Assembly (NCBI RefSeq): GCF_035084215.1
Contig: NC_090340.1
Span: forward strand, 14,942,001 to 15,006,000
Length of the DNA stretch: 64,000 bases
Reading direction: 5' to 3'
Origin: Heptranchias perlo
Taxonomy: Eukaryota
In this document: positions 62,376-64,000 of the stretch, in pieces
Position numbering within the stretch: the first letter of the stretch is position 1
Layout: the number at the start of each line of letters is the position of its first letter
Program-made: the position numbers and the translations under genes
The notes under the pieces: generated by a model
What the model saw: the letters and a program-made list of their open reading frames with translations, nothing else
What the model was told of the DNA's origin: nothing
Database searches by the model: none

Positions 62376-63122
62376 TGTTGACCGGAGGTCACTGGTTACG
62401 GTTACTGGCTTAGTACACAGAGGAGAAGATTCAATTCTCTCTTTATTCTCAATTCACTTTATTAACGTTATTAGATCATGTACATACAGCTTATATGTCT
62501 GGTTAGATCTAGGCATGCAGTTTACAGCAGGTTATACAGTTTTATACTCATACTAGGATTTAAACGCACACCCACTACGTTTCTCTGACGAACACTCCCT
62601 GAGTGGTCACAGAGTAGAAAGGATATTATATTACCCGGAAAGGAGAGCTGACGCTGGCCAGGCGTTCCGTTCTCTCTCTCTCGACGTGGTCTCTACGTCC
62701 CTGACATAGCCTCTACGTCCCAGACGTCGGGTCTCCCACTTTCGCGATGGTTAGTCAACGGAGTTTCGCGCACAAACTGGCACCAAGCCTGCAATTCTTC
62801 AATCTTATTTCCAAGTCTCTCTTTTCAAATGATGCTGTCTTCTCCTGTTGGCTCAGATTTGCTGGAGTGGTCGGTGTCATCCCCTGATTGGCTCTGTTCC
62901 AAGGGGTTAGGTAGTATTAACTCATTACTCCTTTTCTAAATAAGGACTGGTGTCTCATCACAGCTCTTTTGTCCCTTAGAAGCGCAAATAATTCAAACCG
63001 GTTCTGGCCAGCTCAGACCAGTGACTGAACTCCCTGTCATTTCAGTTCAAAAGTTAGTCTCTTTGCCTGGGTGTCAGCAATTCGAAATAAACTCAGTAGT
63101 TTTCTGCAGCACCTGGCCAACA
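62376..63122 (-). repeat. 5' LTR (747 bp)
   Basis: Minus-strand TATAAAA (~62540-62546) and AATAAA (~62458-62463), with TG...CA ends. Confidence 0.95.
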
Positions 63123-63689
63123 CCGACTCTTTATTTTCTGTTAGTTAGCCAATCCTCTATCCTTGCCAGTAAATTACACCCAACACCATGAGCTCTTATC
63201 TTTTGCAGTAATCATTATGTGGCACCTTATCGAATGCCTTTTGGAAATCCAAATATACTGCATCCATTGGTTCCCCTTCCTCAAAGAACTCTAATAAATT
63301 TGTCAGACATGATTTCCCCTTCATAAAACCATGTGGACTCTCTTGATTGTTTACGAGTCTCCAAATGTCCTGCTACTACTTCCTTAATAATGGATTCTAG
63401 CATTTTCCCAATGACAGATGTTAGGCGAACTGGTCTATAGTTACTTGCTTTCTGTCTCACTCCCTTCTTGAATAGGGCTGTTACGTTTGCGGTTTTCCAA
63501 TCCACTGGGACGTTTCCAGAATCAATGAATTTTGGAAGATTACAACCAATGCATCCACTATCTCTGTAGCCACTTCCTTTAAGACCCTCGGATGCAAGCC
63601 ATCAGGTCCAGGAGAATTGTTAGCCTTTAGACCCATTAGTTTACCTGGTTTTTTTTCTCTAGTGATAATGACAGTGATAGTAACAATCA

Positions 63690-64000
63690 TTAAGATAGTT
63701 CACGGAAAACTCCTGGAAAATATCAACAAAAACATAAAATTCATATTTTAATGTGAAATATAATTGAGAACCGATAGTAAAACCTGAAGTTATATCATCC
63801 GCTGCACAAATATTCTCAGCCAAACCTTATTTGCCTTCAAATTCCTGTATTTGATGTAAAAGCAAGAGGTTTATCTTTGTTATCTGATTATATTCCATAT
63901 TGTGCTTAATATTAATCACTTTATTTTTTGTTCCCATCATCAAATGGTTTTATTCGTTATTATTATCTAGCTTTCCTACAACACAACGATTACCAAGAGC
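63690..64000 (+). pseudogene. Continuation of the pseudogene's C1-TM intron homolog
   Basis: aagatagttcacggaaaactcctggaaaatatcaac matches 44048-44085 and stays colinear to ~44365. Confidence 0.85.

Larger units (their letters stand above)
54298..63122 (-). mobile_element. Endogenous retrovirus-like provirus (lokiretrovirus-like), internally deleted
   Basis: Paired LTRs TGTTG(G/A)CC...GGCCAACA, 5-bp TSD CCGAC (54293-54297 and 63123-63127), PPT, and gag-pro-RT-RH-RH-env order. Confidence 0.92.
53225..63680 (-). mobile_element. CR1 LINE in the intron after the C1 pseudo-exon, split into 53225-54297 and 63123-63680 by the provirus
   Basis: CR1 sequence is colinear across the CCGAC duplication (ttatcccgac|...|ccgactctttattttctg). 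Confidence 0.88.

Noticed and set aside
62585-62621. Hammerhead ribozyme in the LTR (CTGACGA...GAAA)
   Set aside because: The spacing is non-canonical and the core is not conserved in the other LTR (ctgacta).
1-64000. Remaining short ORFs in the track as genes
   Set aside because: Many use GTG/TTG starts and are antisense or off-frame readings of TEs or random DNA in an intron-containing genome.

Overview
Vertebrate genomic DNA, most likely a cartilaginous fish (shark), judged from the repeat content: CR1 and L2 LINEs, a Deu-domain SINE, and Harbinger and Penelope remnants. Most of the window is repeat-derived and most short ORFs in the track are spurious or TE fragments. Two things stand out. 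(1) An apparently intact 7-exon immunoglobulin-superfamily receptor gene (+, 42056-46730, about 370 aa): leader, germline-joined VJ-type V domain, C1 domain, uncharged TM and a SIRP-alpha-like ITIM/ITSM tail. It has a GC-AG intron and is flanked by two pseudogenised paralog fragments (leader+V at 38218-38880; C1 at 52844-53138). (2) An 8.8-kb internally deleted endogenous retrovirus-like element (-, 54298-63122; LTRs about 746 bp; CCGAC TSD) with coiled-coil Gag, retrovirus-type RT, two RNase H domains and a spliced env-like gene, resembling lokiretroviruses. Where a tRNA primer-binding site is expected it instead carries an array of four structured 61-65-bp units, enclosed by a long U5-leader stem. 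The provirus is part of a three-level nested insertion (LINE in ERV in CR1) inside the intron of the C1 pseudogene. All calls were made by eye, no database searches were run, and TE boundaries are approximate unless a TSD or splice site is quoted.
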